Part shown: positions 1 to 12,211 of the stretch, in pieces
Layout of the letters: each line of letters begins with the position of its first letter
Position numbering within the stretch: the stretch's first letter is position 1
Assembly (NCBI GenBank): GCA_030141605.1
Contig: JAQGDQ010000001.1
Location: 1,488,001-1,552,000, forward strand
DNA length: 64,000 nucleotides
DNA from: Tubiluchus corallicola
Lineage: Eukaryota > Animalia > Priapulida
Direction of reading: 5' to 3'
Translations under genes and position numbers: made by a program
Notes under the pieces: model-generated
Seen by the model: only the letters and a program-made list of their open reading frames with translations
The model's database searches: none
Told to the model about the DNA's origin: nothing

Positions 1-779
1 TACACATAGAATTAATGTAACCAACCTGAAGTTAATATATGCATTAAAGGATTAAGCAGTTCTCAACTGTTTATAATTTCAAACTCTAGGTGTACTCCCT
101 GTACGTTTAACAATAAGGTTAAATCTAATCATTAATGGCACCGTACATGTAATAACATCCACCAGGTAAAGATCTCTAAACGGCTATAATTTTGTTCTGG
201 GTTAATTCTATTTAAGCTGCTCATAAACAAGCTATTTCCCAGCACTACTGTGTTCTCAAATCATATAAAAATTTACAGAATTTATCTTTACAGAAAGATA
301 AACCAGCTCCCACTAATATCATAGTAATACAACTACCAATAACTTAAATTGTATTTATAAAAGAATTAGTATAGCGTATTGAGCACCATAATAGCTATAA
401 ACAATATAAATAACAGTTACATATACCTAAAAGTACAATGTGATATTCACAATGCAGATGACCCAAACTGTATTCCACTCAATGAATGTTATTAAAGCCA
501 GCATTGTAGGCAATCAAATTTCTTGGGCTTTATAAATGGGAAAGTGTTTTAACAGTACACTTTAAAAATTGTAACAGTTCTTATCTCACAGATGAAATAC
601 AGATATGCCTGTCTTTGGCTTAAGATTTTTGATATTTCTTTGGCTTATAAGAGCTTTCAAATCAGTCCTTGATTTGAGATGGTTGAAGCAAATCTTTGAC
701 TTGAGACATGTCTCCCTTACATGTATACAACACAGGTAGCAATTTGAAAATATTGCACAGAAGAACACTATAGCCAACA

Positions 780-821
780 TCAGTATGGTGCAAACCTGTT
801 ATAGGCACCTCTGTACACAGC
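780..821 (-). CDS. Rbfox1: Rbfox last coding exon, AVYRGAYNRFAPY*
   Basis: Acceptor gttatgtag|GCT, phase 0; TGA at 782-780. RFAPY is the conserved RBFOX C-terminal nuclear localisation motif. Confidence 0.95.
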   Translation of the reverse strand, partial: AVYRGAYNRFAPY

Positions 822-1089
822 CTACATAACAGACAAATCTCAGTTTAAATGTTTATTTGTACATACTTTATGACGTAATAATATTTAAAGTATTCAAAAA
901 TAAAAATTTTATATAAATACCAAGTATCACTTTTGATGTTTATAAAAAGCTTTCCTTTGACATATTGGCCTGACATATTTGACAGGGAATATCACTGTCG
1001 CTGGAATATATATATATAATAATATGGAATATAATATATATATATATATATAACTGTTTTACGGACTTATAAAGTATACAGTCACTTAC

Positions 1090-1159
1090 CCCATAACCAG
1101 TAACTGGCCCTATACTGTGACCGGCTGCCAAGTATGGATCAACAAATTCCCTGCCATAC
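1090..1159 (-). CDS. Rbfox1: Rbfox exon, (G)YGREFVDPYLAAGHSIGPVTGYG
   Basis: tttgcag|G...GGG|gtaagt; 70 nt, phase 2 to 0; resembles the invertebrate Fox-1 C-terminal YGRE-DPYL-GH-IGPV-GYG motif. Confidence 0.95.
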
Positions 1160-1707
1160 CTGCAAAAATGATATGTGTATGTACCGTGAAAGTTTCATAA
1201 AAAAGTAAAAACTTTAAATTTATCTATTATGACTTAAACCACGAAAAAGTGTAATTAACTGGCACATCATTTCACCATGAGAGGAAAAGAGGAAAAAGTG
1301 GTACATTCAATTACTCCTGCACTTACAGTTTGCCATTTCAGAGGTAAATTTTGACTATACAGAATACGGCACTTTGTGTGCGAGTCTATTCTTTTAATAA
1401 CAACCCAAGTCCTTCTACTACAGTATTGCACTCTGTAGAAATCAAGTTTCATCAAAACATGTATTCCATTAAAACAGGTTGAATGTGTTTCTATTTTGAG
1501 CCATGGATGTTGGCAGTATTGCCAAGTTTATTTCAAACATGCAAAAATAGGCCTAGCCAGGTATTTTCTTCTAACTACCTGGTTGGTTTCATTGCTCTGG
1601 CTTATTCATTAGCATGAGATGTTCGTCCCTAGCACTCCTAGACCTTCCAAATGACTAATTCTAATTGTTAAACAAAATAATCCATCTTTGAGAAAGAAAA
1701 GACTTAC

Positions 1708-1814
1708 CCTACTGTGTATGCCCCTGGGACAGTAGCTGGCTGTGCGGCTGATGCAGGTATAGTAGCTCCTGCTGCCGGGTAGGCTCGTGGTACATAACCT
1801 GCTGGATACGCTGC
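1708..1814 (-). CDS. Rbfox1: Rbfox exon, AAYPAGYVPRAYPAAGATIPASAAQPATVPGAYTV(G)
   Basis: aatacag|GCA...AGG|gtaagt; 107 nt, phase 0 to 2; Ala/Tyr/Pro-rich like the RBFOX C-terminal domain. Confidence 0.93.
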
Positions 1815-4800
1815 CTGTATTAATAAAACAGAATGTTCACTATATAAACACTATGATTATGATGATCATATAAAATGAGGTACATTAATAACAAAGAACA
1901 TTAGCATATATGTGGACTTTATCACTATCATCTAACGTGGCAGTATCTATCTATATAAAAGTTAAAACCATTTTTGTATACTAGGGCTTCGACGTGTTTT
2001 CCCGTTGGCTTATGTGCTCGCTTTACACACTGAAATGGTTCGCGCAGACTGCTTGACATAAGACATATCACGTATTAGGTCAATTTACTAAAACTACAGT
2101 ATTTCTGAACTAGTTTAAAAGAATTCTGGAATATTTTTCTAAATGTGTCTTTTACTAGCCGCATTTTTCACCAATGACCTTTAAATGAAATGCTGGGTAA
2201 GGCAAAAGTCATCCGAAAGCGGCGTTCATTGACTGTTTGAGAATGACTAGAATGTTCATCTAGGACAAAGATTACAATGGACATCTATGTCTAGGTGTAT
2301 TTTTGCACTACATAATGTGTATACAGAATACAATAAGTAGACTTATTGATCAGTCTGAGAAGGGTGAGAATCGTTATGAGAAAATATCCCCTTAGGCATA
2401 AACTGGGAAGACTTCGTGGCTTCATATGAACCTAAGTAGATAGAATTCTAGACGGTTAAAATATGTTGAGAATGGTAGTTAATTAAATTGTGTAAACAAA
2501 TATAACATTTAACCCATGCAGTAAACATGACAAATATGTAACAGTATTGCAGTAATAACAGACGATATAAACAAACTTGTTCACATTATGCAGAAATTAA
2601 ATCAACAGGAACCGGGTGTTTACGTTACAGCTAATCTGGAGAGATATTTTTTAGAAAAGTATTCCTTTGCTACACGGGCAGTCGCTTAGATTTGGTAATT
2701 ATCTTACACAATGTTCAATAATCTTATGAGCTTTAAAGTTTGAATAAATAATGCGCGTTCTTTATGTGTCCTGTAGTAAAAGCGGGAATCACGACTATGA
2801 GAAACAATGTTATTACAAAAAATACTAAATAATAATAATGGCCGAAATTATTGGCTAAATTTTTTATACTTCTGTGTGCACCAATTTAGTATTAATAACT
2901 AATGTACTTTGGTTGATTTAATTTCGACAATGTCTCAATTTATTAATGCTATAAAGCAAATTGTATGAAATCTGGGATGCATTAATAATTAGCCTAGTGT
3001 GTTTTTACTATCATGCAAATGAGAAATATTTGATTAAATAATTGCATGCCCAAAATTACAAAATTTAACGTAAACAAACAAAAGTCATTTACATATTTTT
3101 GTGTACGTTAAACGTTTACACGAACATGACTAAAAAACAGTGTCAAGCCTATATAAGTTGTACGTGCATGCAGTTTAACAAAACAGTTTCCGAAGTTCAA
3201 GCGGGTGAATTTCAATTAACATTAGTTGCTTTATAAAAGTCTGGTCACGCTTTTTGCTACACTAAATATGCAAAGCAGTCTTATTATATTTATTATATTA
3301 AGCTGATTATTTTTATATTGCTTCACGGCTTTCAATCAACCACACATTTTATCACTTTTGTAATGTGACATTTTTCACAATAAAGTAAATGACTGTAATT
3401 TGTTTTCACGATAAGATAAGTTACAAAAATACAACAGCAAAGTGAAAGTCTATGACTATATAGCAATTATAACACACTGAAAGTAACACACAATGTACCC
3501 CAGCTAACTGAAAAATTCCCTTTCCAACTGTCTCCCCTAAAGGTCCTACGGGAAGTTTGCCAGAGACCTGGAAACCAAATGGTAATCATAAATAAAGTAT
3601 TTCAGTACCAGTCGCATCTTCAAACCGGTAATATATTAGAAACACGATTCGCCGTGGACAGTAATTAATGCGATCATTCCGGTTCACCTGACATCGCATT
3701 TACTGTTCATATTTAATATATACCAGCGAAAAAGGACAGAATTTCTGGTGTCGGTTGAGCTAATTAATATAATTGAACTAGTCTGATATGCAAAGCATTG
3801 GGTTATTGCTTATTGACTTTTCTGCCCAATTGCCCGTTAATTGTTGTCTCGGAATCCAATTCGTGAATATGATATTTAGGACGCTATTTATCATTGTCAT
3901 AGAATCCGTTTCATCGTAAAAATTTAGAGTAAGAAGTTATTCTATTGTGACATGTGGCGACATAAAATATGGCGAAAAACTTGCATGTAGTACAATAACA
4001 AGGACGAGATCGGCATCTTGGCGAAACCGATCTGTTTGTAAGACTACAACGCAAGCGAGTAACCCAAAGATTATAACAAACCACAATAATAATGTTGTAA
4101 TTCATCGTAACGTGAATTATCAGATTACCTACTGATATTCCTGGCTTCCAGTATTATGGACTCATAAACAGATCGAAAAGTGTTAAAATAAAAATTCAAA
4201 TAATTATTATGCAGATTTGTTTTTAATTTTGGATACTTATAATTTGCCGTATTAGAAAACAAATTCTCGCTTATCATTTAGTAGATATTCGTGTCACGAT
4301 TGTTGTAAATCACATGTAAACTGTTTTAGGAAATCAAAATTAAAGATAATGCAAGCAGAAGCGGTTTAAAGATGCACAATTGTACATATACATATAATAT
4401 TATAATAAGATTGATTATAATAAATGAACTTTAATCTCTTTACAATGAAGTAGATAAAAAGTAATGTCAAATAAAACTGTGGTGCAGTTGTCGTATGATG
4501 GATGAGGGGTAAAAATTAAAAAGATTATATAAATTAGGCCTATAATATGTGATTACGGTAGGCTTAATTATAATTTTCCGGCGTCAGATCCTCTCAACTC
4601 GATACTTTTAACCAACAGTCGATAAAATCAACAAATAATGACAGGTAATATTTTTATTTATTTCTAATGTTGCCTGCATATCACAACATTTGGGGTTCCA
4701 CAGTTTTATTTGAAACTAATCAAAAACAAAACAGGACAACAGATACGACATATGGTCAAATTAGAAAATAGTGATAGACATCTGTTTAAAATGTAAAAAA

Positions 4801-5076
4801 TATAGTTACATGCTACATTAATAAAGCAGCAGAATTGTGAATCTATGACTACAAGGCTTTAAACCAGTTTAATACAAAACTCTAAACGTACGATTGATAC
4901 ATGCTCACAGCGAAAACACTGAACCAGTAAGTTATAACCAATTTTATTTGGAGGTTATGAAACCAGAGGTTAATATTTAATGTAGAGCACATGCTTAAAT
5001 GATGTTAATTAAAAACTTCGCCCCGATGTCCCAGTAGGGCTGATGTAAGCTCTACGCAAAATAAATAAGTCAAAAG

Positions 5077-5189
5077 ACTCACGGCCTGAACGAAATAAAC
5101 TAATTCTTTCCAAAGGAATCAGTTGTTGACCGAACATATACAACTGATCCCTTTGGAAAGAATTACTTTATTTCGTTCAGGCTGTGAGT
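5077..5189. mobile_element. Foldback hairpin / MITE-like element
   Basis: 49-bp inverted arms with 3 mismatches (actcacggcctgaacgaaataaac... / ...tttatttcgttcaggctgtgagt), a 15-nt loop and an adjacent (TA)n run. Confidence 0.7.
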
Positions 5190-5330
5190 ATATATATATA
5201 GTTGATAAAACGTCAAACACAAAAATCAGACAATGTTCTAGAAAAAGCAGTCACTGAACTGATAATTATTATGGGTCTAAAAAGCAATGCTTGATACACA
5301 GTAAAATACATTGATCGTAAAACTGAATTA

Positions 5331-5620
5331 CATATATGAAGTGTATTACCCAAGAGCCAAAAAAGTGCATTAGCTAAATTTAGATGTGAGGTTGCTCCTA
5401 TTATTTTAGAAATTTTGAAGGTGCACCAGTATCTCAGAAGATCAAAGGGTTACGCCATTTTTGTAATTAAAGCTTCTAATAATATGCAAATCATTGTTTT
5501 AATTGACTTTTAAGGTGTCTCATAACCCTGCCGATAGAATGGTTTTGATTTTACTGTAACCATGTGTACTTTGTGTTTTAAACTGTAGTAGAATGAAAGA
5601 CGACACTGTGATAAACTAAC
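5331..5620 (+). mobile_element. Degraded non-LTR retrotransposon 3' end
   Basis: Translates to KSQKSALAKFRCEVAPIILE..FEGAPVSQ, similar to the LINE ORF2 C-terminal motif RSALAKFRCG..PL.IETGRY; runs into a microsatellite tail. Confidence 0.6.
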
Positions 5621-5889
5621 TATACTACTACACTATGCTATGCTGTGCTATGCTATGCTATGCTATGCTATGCTATGCTATGCTATGCTATGCTATGCTA
5701 TGCTATGCTATGCTATGCTATGCTATGCTATGCTATGCTATACTATACTATACTATACTATACTATACTATACTATACTATACTATACTATACTATACTA
5801 TACTATACTATACTATACTATACTATACTATACTATACTATACTATACTATACTATACTATACTATACTATACTATACTATACTATACT
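5619..5889. repeat. Compound pentanucleotide microsatellite (CTATG)n(CTATA)n
   Basis: Directly visible; explains ORFs 5635-5964. Confidence 0.98.
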
Positions 5890-6181
5890 TTATACTGTAT
5901 AATCTTTTCTTATAGAAATCAAACTGATCGTTTATTTTCTAACACTGATGGACGTAACAAATAACGAAAATGAAGCACGTGGTTGGCATCAGACAGAAGT
6001 ACACGTAACGCAGCCATCAAAAATGCATACGAAATTTAAGTTGTGGTGCGAAATTAAATTATTACCCAACATAAAATAACTTTAGAGTTCAGAGCTCAGA
6101 AGTTGAAAACCGGACAGTGTTACTGTGGATAAAGGCACAAAAAATAGATCATACATAAAATAAAAACAGACAGTTAAGTAC

Positions 6182-6230
6182 CTGATATCGCTCAGCATAT
6201 GCAGCTAAGAAAGGATCCTGATAAATTGCC
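6182..6230 (-). CDS. Rbfox1: Rbfox exon, (P)AIYQDPFLAAYAERYQ
   Basis: tttgttttag|G...CAG|gtactt; 49 nt, phase 2 to 0; the YQD-F motif matches the RBFOX C-terminal domain. Confidence 0.9.
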
Positions 6231-6432
6231 CTAAAACAAAATAATTTCTTTTACATCAATTTCCAAATACACTTCATAGCTTTTTAGCTCACTATGAACT
6301 GGTATCCAGCACTCAACGGCTGGCCTACTTGTTATGTTGGTAGATGTGCTATACTGGCTTAGGTTATCACCACTCTTAATTCTCTAAGCTGAGATACCGT
6401 CTTAACTATCTAGCGGAGGTGTCTTTAGCTAT

Positions 6433-6492
6433 GTTTCGATCTATATACATGTATAACAAAAAGTTTCGATCTATATACATGTATAACAAAAA
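6433..6492. repeat. Perfect 30-bp tandem duplication
   Basis: gtttcgatctatatacatgtataacaaaaa occurs twice in tandem. Confidence 0.95.
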
Positions 6493-7067
6493 TAAAGCAC
6501 ATGGTTAACATCAGACAGAATTACATGTAAAATGCAATTTAAGCTGTTGTTAACATCCCTCAGAGGTAATTTGGGTGAGGAGCCTACCAAAAAACAACAC
6601 ACCTATCATTGTTTGACCTCGGATTTTAATCTGTCACTTAAATGTTGCGTCATGTTGAACACATTAGCAAAATAACAAAAAAATTATCAGTCTTCACTAA
6701 ATTCCCATTTTTGAAACTTGTAAGTGAATTACAGTACAATGTGAAATCTGTATATAAAAATTAAAAATATCGAGACTGCTTGTCGGGTGTGTTACCGTTT
6801 ACTGAGGGTCCTTAGTGAATCTATTGTTTAGTGAAAAGATTACTCGATTGCATGATATGACGTAACAGCATATCCGATGGATGCTTGGAAAATGTGTAAG
6901 CCTACCATATCGTGACCTTCCTGTTATGCTGTCCTGTAAAGGTTAACATTGCCGTGATAGGACATTATTGTATACGTTATAATGTACTTTCAACGAAATC
7001 TTTATTTATAAACATTCAAAGTACTATTTAAAAATGCTACAGTATTAAGTTGCTTGATTATACTCAC

Positions 7068-7284
7068 GGTGCGTAGGCAGGTAGTGCTTGACTAGCTGCT
7101 GCTAATGGTTGCGGATGCCTCAGAGCAGCTGCATTGGCTGCAACAGCATAGACTCCTCTAGCGGCCGCCGCCGCTGCCGCAACGCGTCCTCTGGTGAATG
7201 CGGCTCCTCTCAACGCTGCCGCTGCCGGCAGAAGATCAACATGCGACAAAAAGCGTCCAATTATTTTTAATGAAGAAAATAAGT
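7068..7284 (-). CDS. Rbfox1: Rbfox exon, ...AAALRGAAFTRGRVAAAAAAARGVYAVAANAAALRHPQPLAAASQALPAYA(P); in-frame acceptors at 7284, 7221 or 7215
   Basis: Donor ACC|gtgagt, phase 2; the LRGA...RGR motif is typical of RBFOX; all three AG acceptors are phase-1 compatible. Confidence 0.9.
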
Positions 7285-8218
7285 CTATACAACACATTCT
7301 ACAGGTTGCTATAAGGGAACACTATAAGACTGGCAATCAGCAATGCAGATCGTTTAGTGGTGACTTTGCATCTCATTGCTGATTGGTTTTAATCTCTTTA
7401 TATGGGCTAACTAGAACCTACTATCTGCAGTAACTACATAATGTTCACGAAATTGTTCGTACTATGATTATTAAAATGCATAATTGCGCACATTTGCATT
7501 TCTGCATAGCTCGGTTATATAACAACCGGGTAGTGTGCCAAACAGATAATTAAATTTTGAAAATTAAGAAAAGCTTGATCTACATTAAGAAAAACATGTA
7601 TAGAAATAAGGAAATGGGTATACAGAATGCCTGCAAGTACCCATGATTAGCTGCATCTAATTTAGTCACAATTACTCCTCGAGGAGAAATATCGGAAGAG
7701 TTTAGAGAAATGCATGCGCGCAATTAGTGCTTCTTTCCTATAACATGGATTCTTGTTCAGTAGTAAGATAACACTCAAAAGGAACAGAATAAATACGAAA
7801 AAAAATCCAAAAATTAGCGGGACAGAGAATTAAGGATGTAAGTGTAAAATAACTGTGCAGGAGTTCTGTATTCACAGGGTTGCAAACACTGCTTTATACT
7901 TCAAAATGCATCATTACTCATTTAACTATAAAGTACACAATGCACTTCATGCACAATCGTCGGTAAAATTATTCTGCTTCGGTTTTCTCCAGTGTACCGT
8001 AATTAATACATATCAATCATGCTTTTGCGAAAGCAACAGTCACTGTAAATCACAGATTATGCCTTGAGTCGAAGTGTGCAGTGTTTTGCCAAAATCAGTC
8101 TTCAATTTATGGAGAAGAATTGATGTAGGTTTTTTTATGACCCTGCTTTCAGACTAAAACGAACATAGGGTTACATTAATTAATGTTAAACAGATCAAGC
8201 ATGGCTTAGAGCTCTTAC

Positions 8219-8276
8219 CATTGGCTAAAGCAGCAGCATTCTTTTTGGTTTGAACCCTAGCTGTGGCATTGTTAAC
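8219..8276 (-). CDS. Rbfox1: Rbfox exon, VNNATARVQTKKNAAALAN (end of RRM)
   Basis: ttttag|GTT...ATG|gtaaga; 58 nt, phase 0 to 1; VNNATARV is the RBFOX RRM C-terminal signature. Confidence 0.96.
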
Positions 8277-11200
8277 CTAAAACATTCACCAACGAGCAAA
8301 TGGTAACAAGTGTCTTACCAATTCCAAAAAACTCACAACAAACATTGCCCTACTGATATCGCAGTTTAGCTATTTGCATTGCACATGAAAGGTAAATGCT
8401 GCGTTATAATTCCATCCCATGCATTAACTTCAAAATTATAACAAATGAAATACACTGTCAGCGAACATAACTACCATAAATCACCTAATGCGTGATTTAT
8501 CCGACAATTTCCGATTATATCTATGTGAAAGCAGACAAACAGTAAAGGCAATCCTTCTTGTGAATTAAAGCAAGATAATTTTTTGAAGACACGATGTATT
8601 CTCAAACTGCAAACAACTAGTATACCATCAACTACGTTATTGACTCGTCTACAGTAGCACAGTGTGTAGTTTTGGGATCGCACTCATTCAGCTTACATTT
8701 TGGGGGTTTTAAAATCATCATATTTTACAAACACGGTATTGACCGAATTAGCAAACTGTAAGCCAAGTCAATAACGCTGATTTTGCTTCTACAGTTTAAT
8801 ATAGATAGAAAGAAAACCATGCTATCAATTTCCACTGTCAAGGTCCACTCTAATAACAAAAGAATGGATAAAGAAGAAACCGTTTTATTAATCTTTAACA
8901 AAAAAGCTATGCAGTAAATACAACACACTGACTGACACACGATTACTAGTCTTAAAACAACCAGACTGTTAGAGTAGAAAATAAAAATAAAGGCAAGTGT
9001 TGGGAACTTGAGAATATGCTCAATACCGATGGATCAAAAACGTGAATAAAAAGGAGCTGCACCAGATGTCGGCTCTCACAGGCAATAAAGACCGCCGGTA
9101 TCGTGTAACTAGTAACGCCTCGATCGGTATTTGCAAAATTTTCTCTTAGCAGAAGGAAGAACATGCAGCGTCAATTATTTTCACAAAATGCACTGACTCC
9201 AACAACGCTAATGCTAGAAAAACTATTTAAAAATGTATGTACGTGTTATATTTTAATAGCCACTTTGTTAGGCCTATTATACAAAAATAAAACATGATAA
9301 CTCTTCAAAAATATTCCATTAAAGAGAAAAACTTCATTATCTTGTGCATGTATTATATCAGAAGCAGTTATGAAAGTTAGAATGTGAATAAACCGCTGGT
9401 GGTAACGAAATGTTTTACGGTTTATTTAAATTTCATAAATCACATAAAAATAACTGCTGCATTTTTTAAAATAAAATATTACTGTTACAAATCGCTTTGC
9501 AACTGCAGTAATGGAAAGATTATTATTTAGAAAGTTGATAACCCACCCAAATGGATTAAAAGCCAAATATAAATCAAAACTTACATATGCCTAACATTTA
9601 CAATTTTAGCCTCAACGATATAGCTTGTATTTTACTGCAACGCTCCCTTCTTTATCCATTTTAGAAAATAAAGTACTGAATGAAGTTAAAGAAATGTTTC
9701 TATTAATTTATAAGTTCACTTGGTCGAGCTGATTTCGTCACTCAACTCCAAAACGGAAGCGAGTAAGTGTTTCACGCCTTTACACAAACGTCTCATGGAA
9801 AAAGAAATGTGCAATTTGAATTGAATTTTGTATGAAGAAATAAAAATTATTCTGGCGCTGTGGTTCACATGTATGTGTACTTAAGACATCAGTAATAATG
9901 AATCCTTCCACTGTGCATTCTGTGAGTGAACGGTTGACTGTAATATTAAAATCTATACTGTGCAAACTTATATATGTATTTATCTAAGAATGAAAATTAA
10001 ATTGAGGACTAATCTACAAAGATTTTGTAAAATCTATATAAATGGTTTACAACGGATTTTGTAAATACCTGATTAGCTCCTACGTTTGTTCTTAATTTGT
10101 TTTTCTCGAATTACAATTTCTAAAACTCTAGAGTTAGTTATTTCGAAAAGAGTTTTTATACAATTTTAGTTAATTTTTAATATTTGTTATAGTAACTACC
10201 CTTTTGATTGGTCTTTAACGCGGACTACAGAATGGAATTCTTAGATTATTAAATATATGAGAGATGTAAAGCAAAATAAAAAATTATATGATAAGAAAGC
10301 TAAGTGTTTGCAAAACACTTGAATGTGCAACTTTAAAAAATAACAAGCTGTATATAACAAATACCGTAATCACACTTCAACGGGAATAGAAATGACTCCA
10401 TTTTATATCCGCTTATCCAAAAAGATCTACTTCCTTTTGTGAGAAATAATCAGATTGGAATGTTCTAGAAATCCAGAGATCAACAATATCTGAACATATT
10501 TAGCATTGATTTTTTTAGCATGAAGAGGCCCTTTAAAGGTTTTATTTATATGTTTACCTGATCGCTTATATCATATTCTCTGACTAAATTAGTGATTTTG
10601 CCTCTTCACGGGAGCCATAGGCACGGAGATGATCTTTTATATTTTTCCTGCTTTTTGGTTTATTCTGACTTTCATAATTAACTTGCAGTGTTGCACTTTT
10701 GGCCTGCCTAGTGTAAGACAGCTGTTGCACACAACATCAATACTCTCTGCTTTTACATGAATTCAGACTGCTCACTGCTCACGGTTTATGATCCATAAGG
10801 GTGCCTCCTCAATGCATTATATGACTGCTTTCTATAGCGACAATACTCAAGGTATTCGTTCCATCATTTTGCCTGTTTATGGGCGCCGCACTTGCACAGT
10901 ACTTTGTCTCCCAACTTTCCAGTAATGATGCAATCTAGCCATTAATAATAAACTAATGTTTAATAAGTCTTTACTTGACACTTGATGGGCAATGAATAAT
11001 ACATGATGCCTTGATTTAATATTAGACTATATGCATGACATTAGTAGTATATATAGATTGGTCCTGCATGTTGTGCTGTGAAGTTATTATATTTATATAC
11101 ACTATACTGCCCTAAACTGCATGCCTTAAATTTTTAAAACGATAACAATAAAAAATAGGTTTCTACTAAAGATTGCTATCCTCATAACGCTCCTCTTTAA

Positions 11201-12082
11201 AACCTCATCCTAAAATGTCTAACTCGACGTAATTTTATTAGTGCTTTAATTACAGCAGTGGAAGTTAATTAAGCCAGATAATAATACCTTAAGCTGTAGG
11301 CTTCTCTAATAAGCCGATTTCTTGTTGTTACAAAACCTCCTTGCAGACATTCTTTCCAAAATCGAAAATCGTTACTTCTAATTAAACTGCAGCTAATGGT
11401 TCCTTGCTGTTTATGAAACAGATGGTAATTTGCGTACAGGTAAAAACGTAGTTGCTGCGCTTGATTAAGAAAGGTTTAAGGTAGAAAATAAGCATTCTAC
11501 TTCCATGAGCTTTTGCATAAAATGAAAAATCTCCCTACTACATGAGCACATACGATGAATAGGCAAAAAATGTTGATTGATTGCCAAATGCTAAAACAAG
11601 AATAATTTTATGGAAAAAGCACGTACGTTGTCAGCAGTTATACCATAACATTTTAGACACCATTTTTTTGTTAAAACGTATTTGCCTTTTTATTAGTTTT
11701 TAAGCTTGAAAACCGGTCTCTGAAAACAGATGAAACAGAAGGTATAAATGCTACAATTGACAAATTGAGAAAAAGAAAATACAGCAAGAGAAATGTCTAT
11801 CCATACACTCACATTCAAATATAATGTCAAAACTAAGATGTGTCAGCTGGCAGCACAGTCATATTAGAACAAGCAAACAATTACTAATGCATTTCAGTTA
11901 GCAAAAATCTGAAATGTGGGTGGAGCTTTAAATTTTAAGCAATAGCCTCAAATACAATTTAGAAAAAAGATAAGCGAGATCAGTTAAAGGAAAAGACCAC
12001 ACAAGAAAATTCATAGGGGATGGACATTTCTACAAGCTGTTTGTGGTACTTAGCATGTAATTGTGAGCTCTATGACAGGTTT

Positions 12083-12088
12083 CATGCA
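12083..12088 (-). promoter_or_regulatory. RBFOX binding motif UGCAUG overlapping the 5' splice site of the 93-nt exon
   Basis: The minus strand reads GAG|gtgTGCATG (intron +4 to +9). Confidence 0.8.
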
Positions 12089-12091
12089 CAC

Positions 12092-12184
12092 CTCGATTTT
12101 TCGTCCCTCAACCAGTGTGCCGTTGAGTTTATCACGTGCTCGGTCGGCGTCCGCGGCGTTTTGAAACGTTACAAAACCAAATCC
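12092..12184 (-). CDS. Rbfox1: Rbfox 93-nt RRM exon, [31 protein letters not shown]
   Basis: cacgtag|GGA...GAG|gtgtgc; 93 nt, symmetric phase 0; supplies GFGFVTF of RNP1. Confidence 0.97.
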
Positions 12185-12205
12185 CTACGTGCACAAAATA
12201 TCATC

Positions 12206-12211
12206 CATGCA
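12206..12211 (-). promoter_or_regulatory. RBFOX binding motif UGCAUG 22-27 nt upstream of the 93-nt exon
   Basis: The minus strand reads aTGCATGgatgatattttgtgcacgtag|GGA; a secondary GCACG motif lies inside the acceptor. Confidence 0.8.

Noticed and set aside
1-779. Rbfox polyadenylation signal
   Set aside because: No minus-strand AATAAA found by eye; the 3' UTR probably extends beyond the window start.
5635-5964. ORFs with MLCYA/YYTIL repeats, and similar ORFs at 15386, 17611, 24768, 27063, 32518, 34765 and 57369
   Set aside because: Translations of microsatellites, not genes.
9585-9590. 6-nt ag|GCATAT|gtaagt microexon candidate
   Set aside because: No pyrimidine tract, and it would interrupt the last RRM strand; likely chance.
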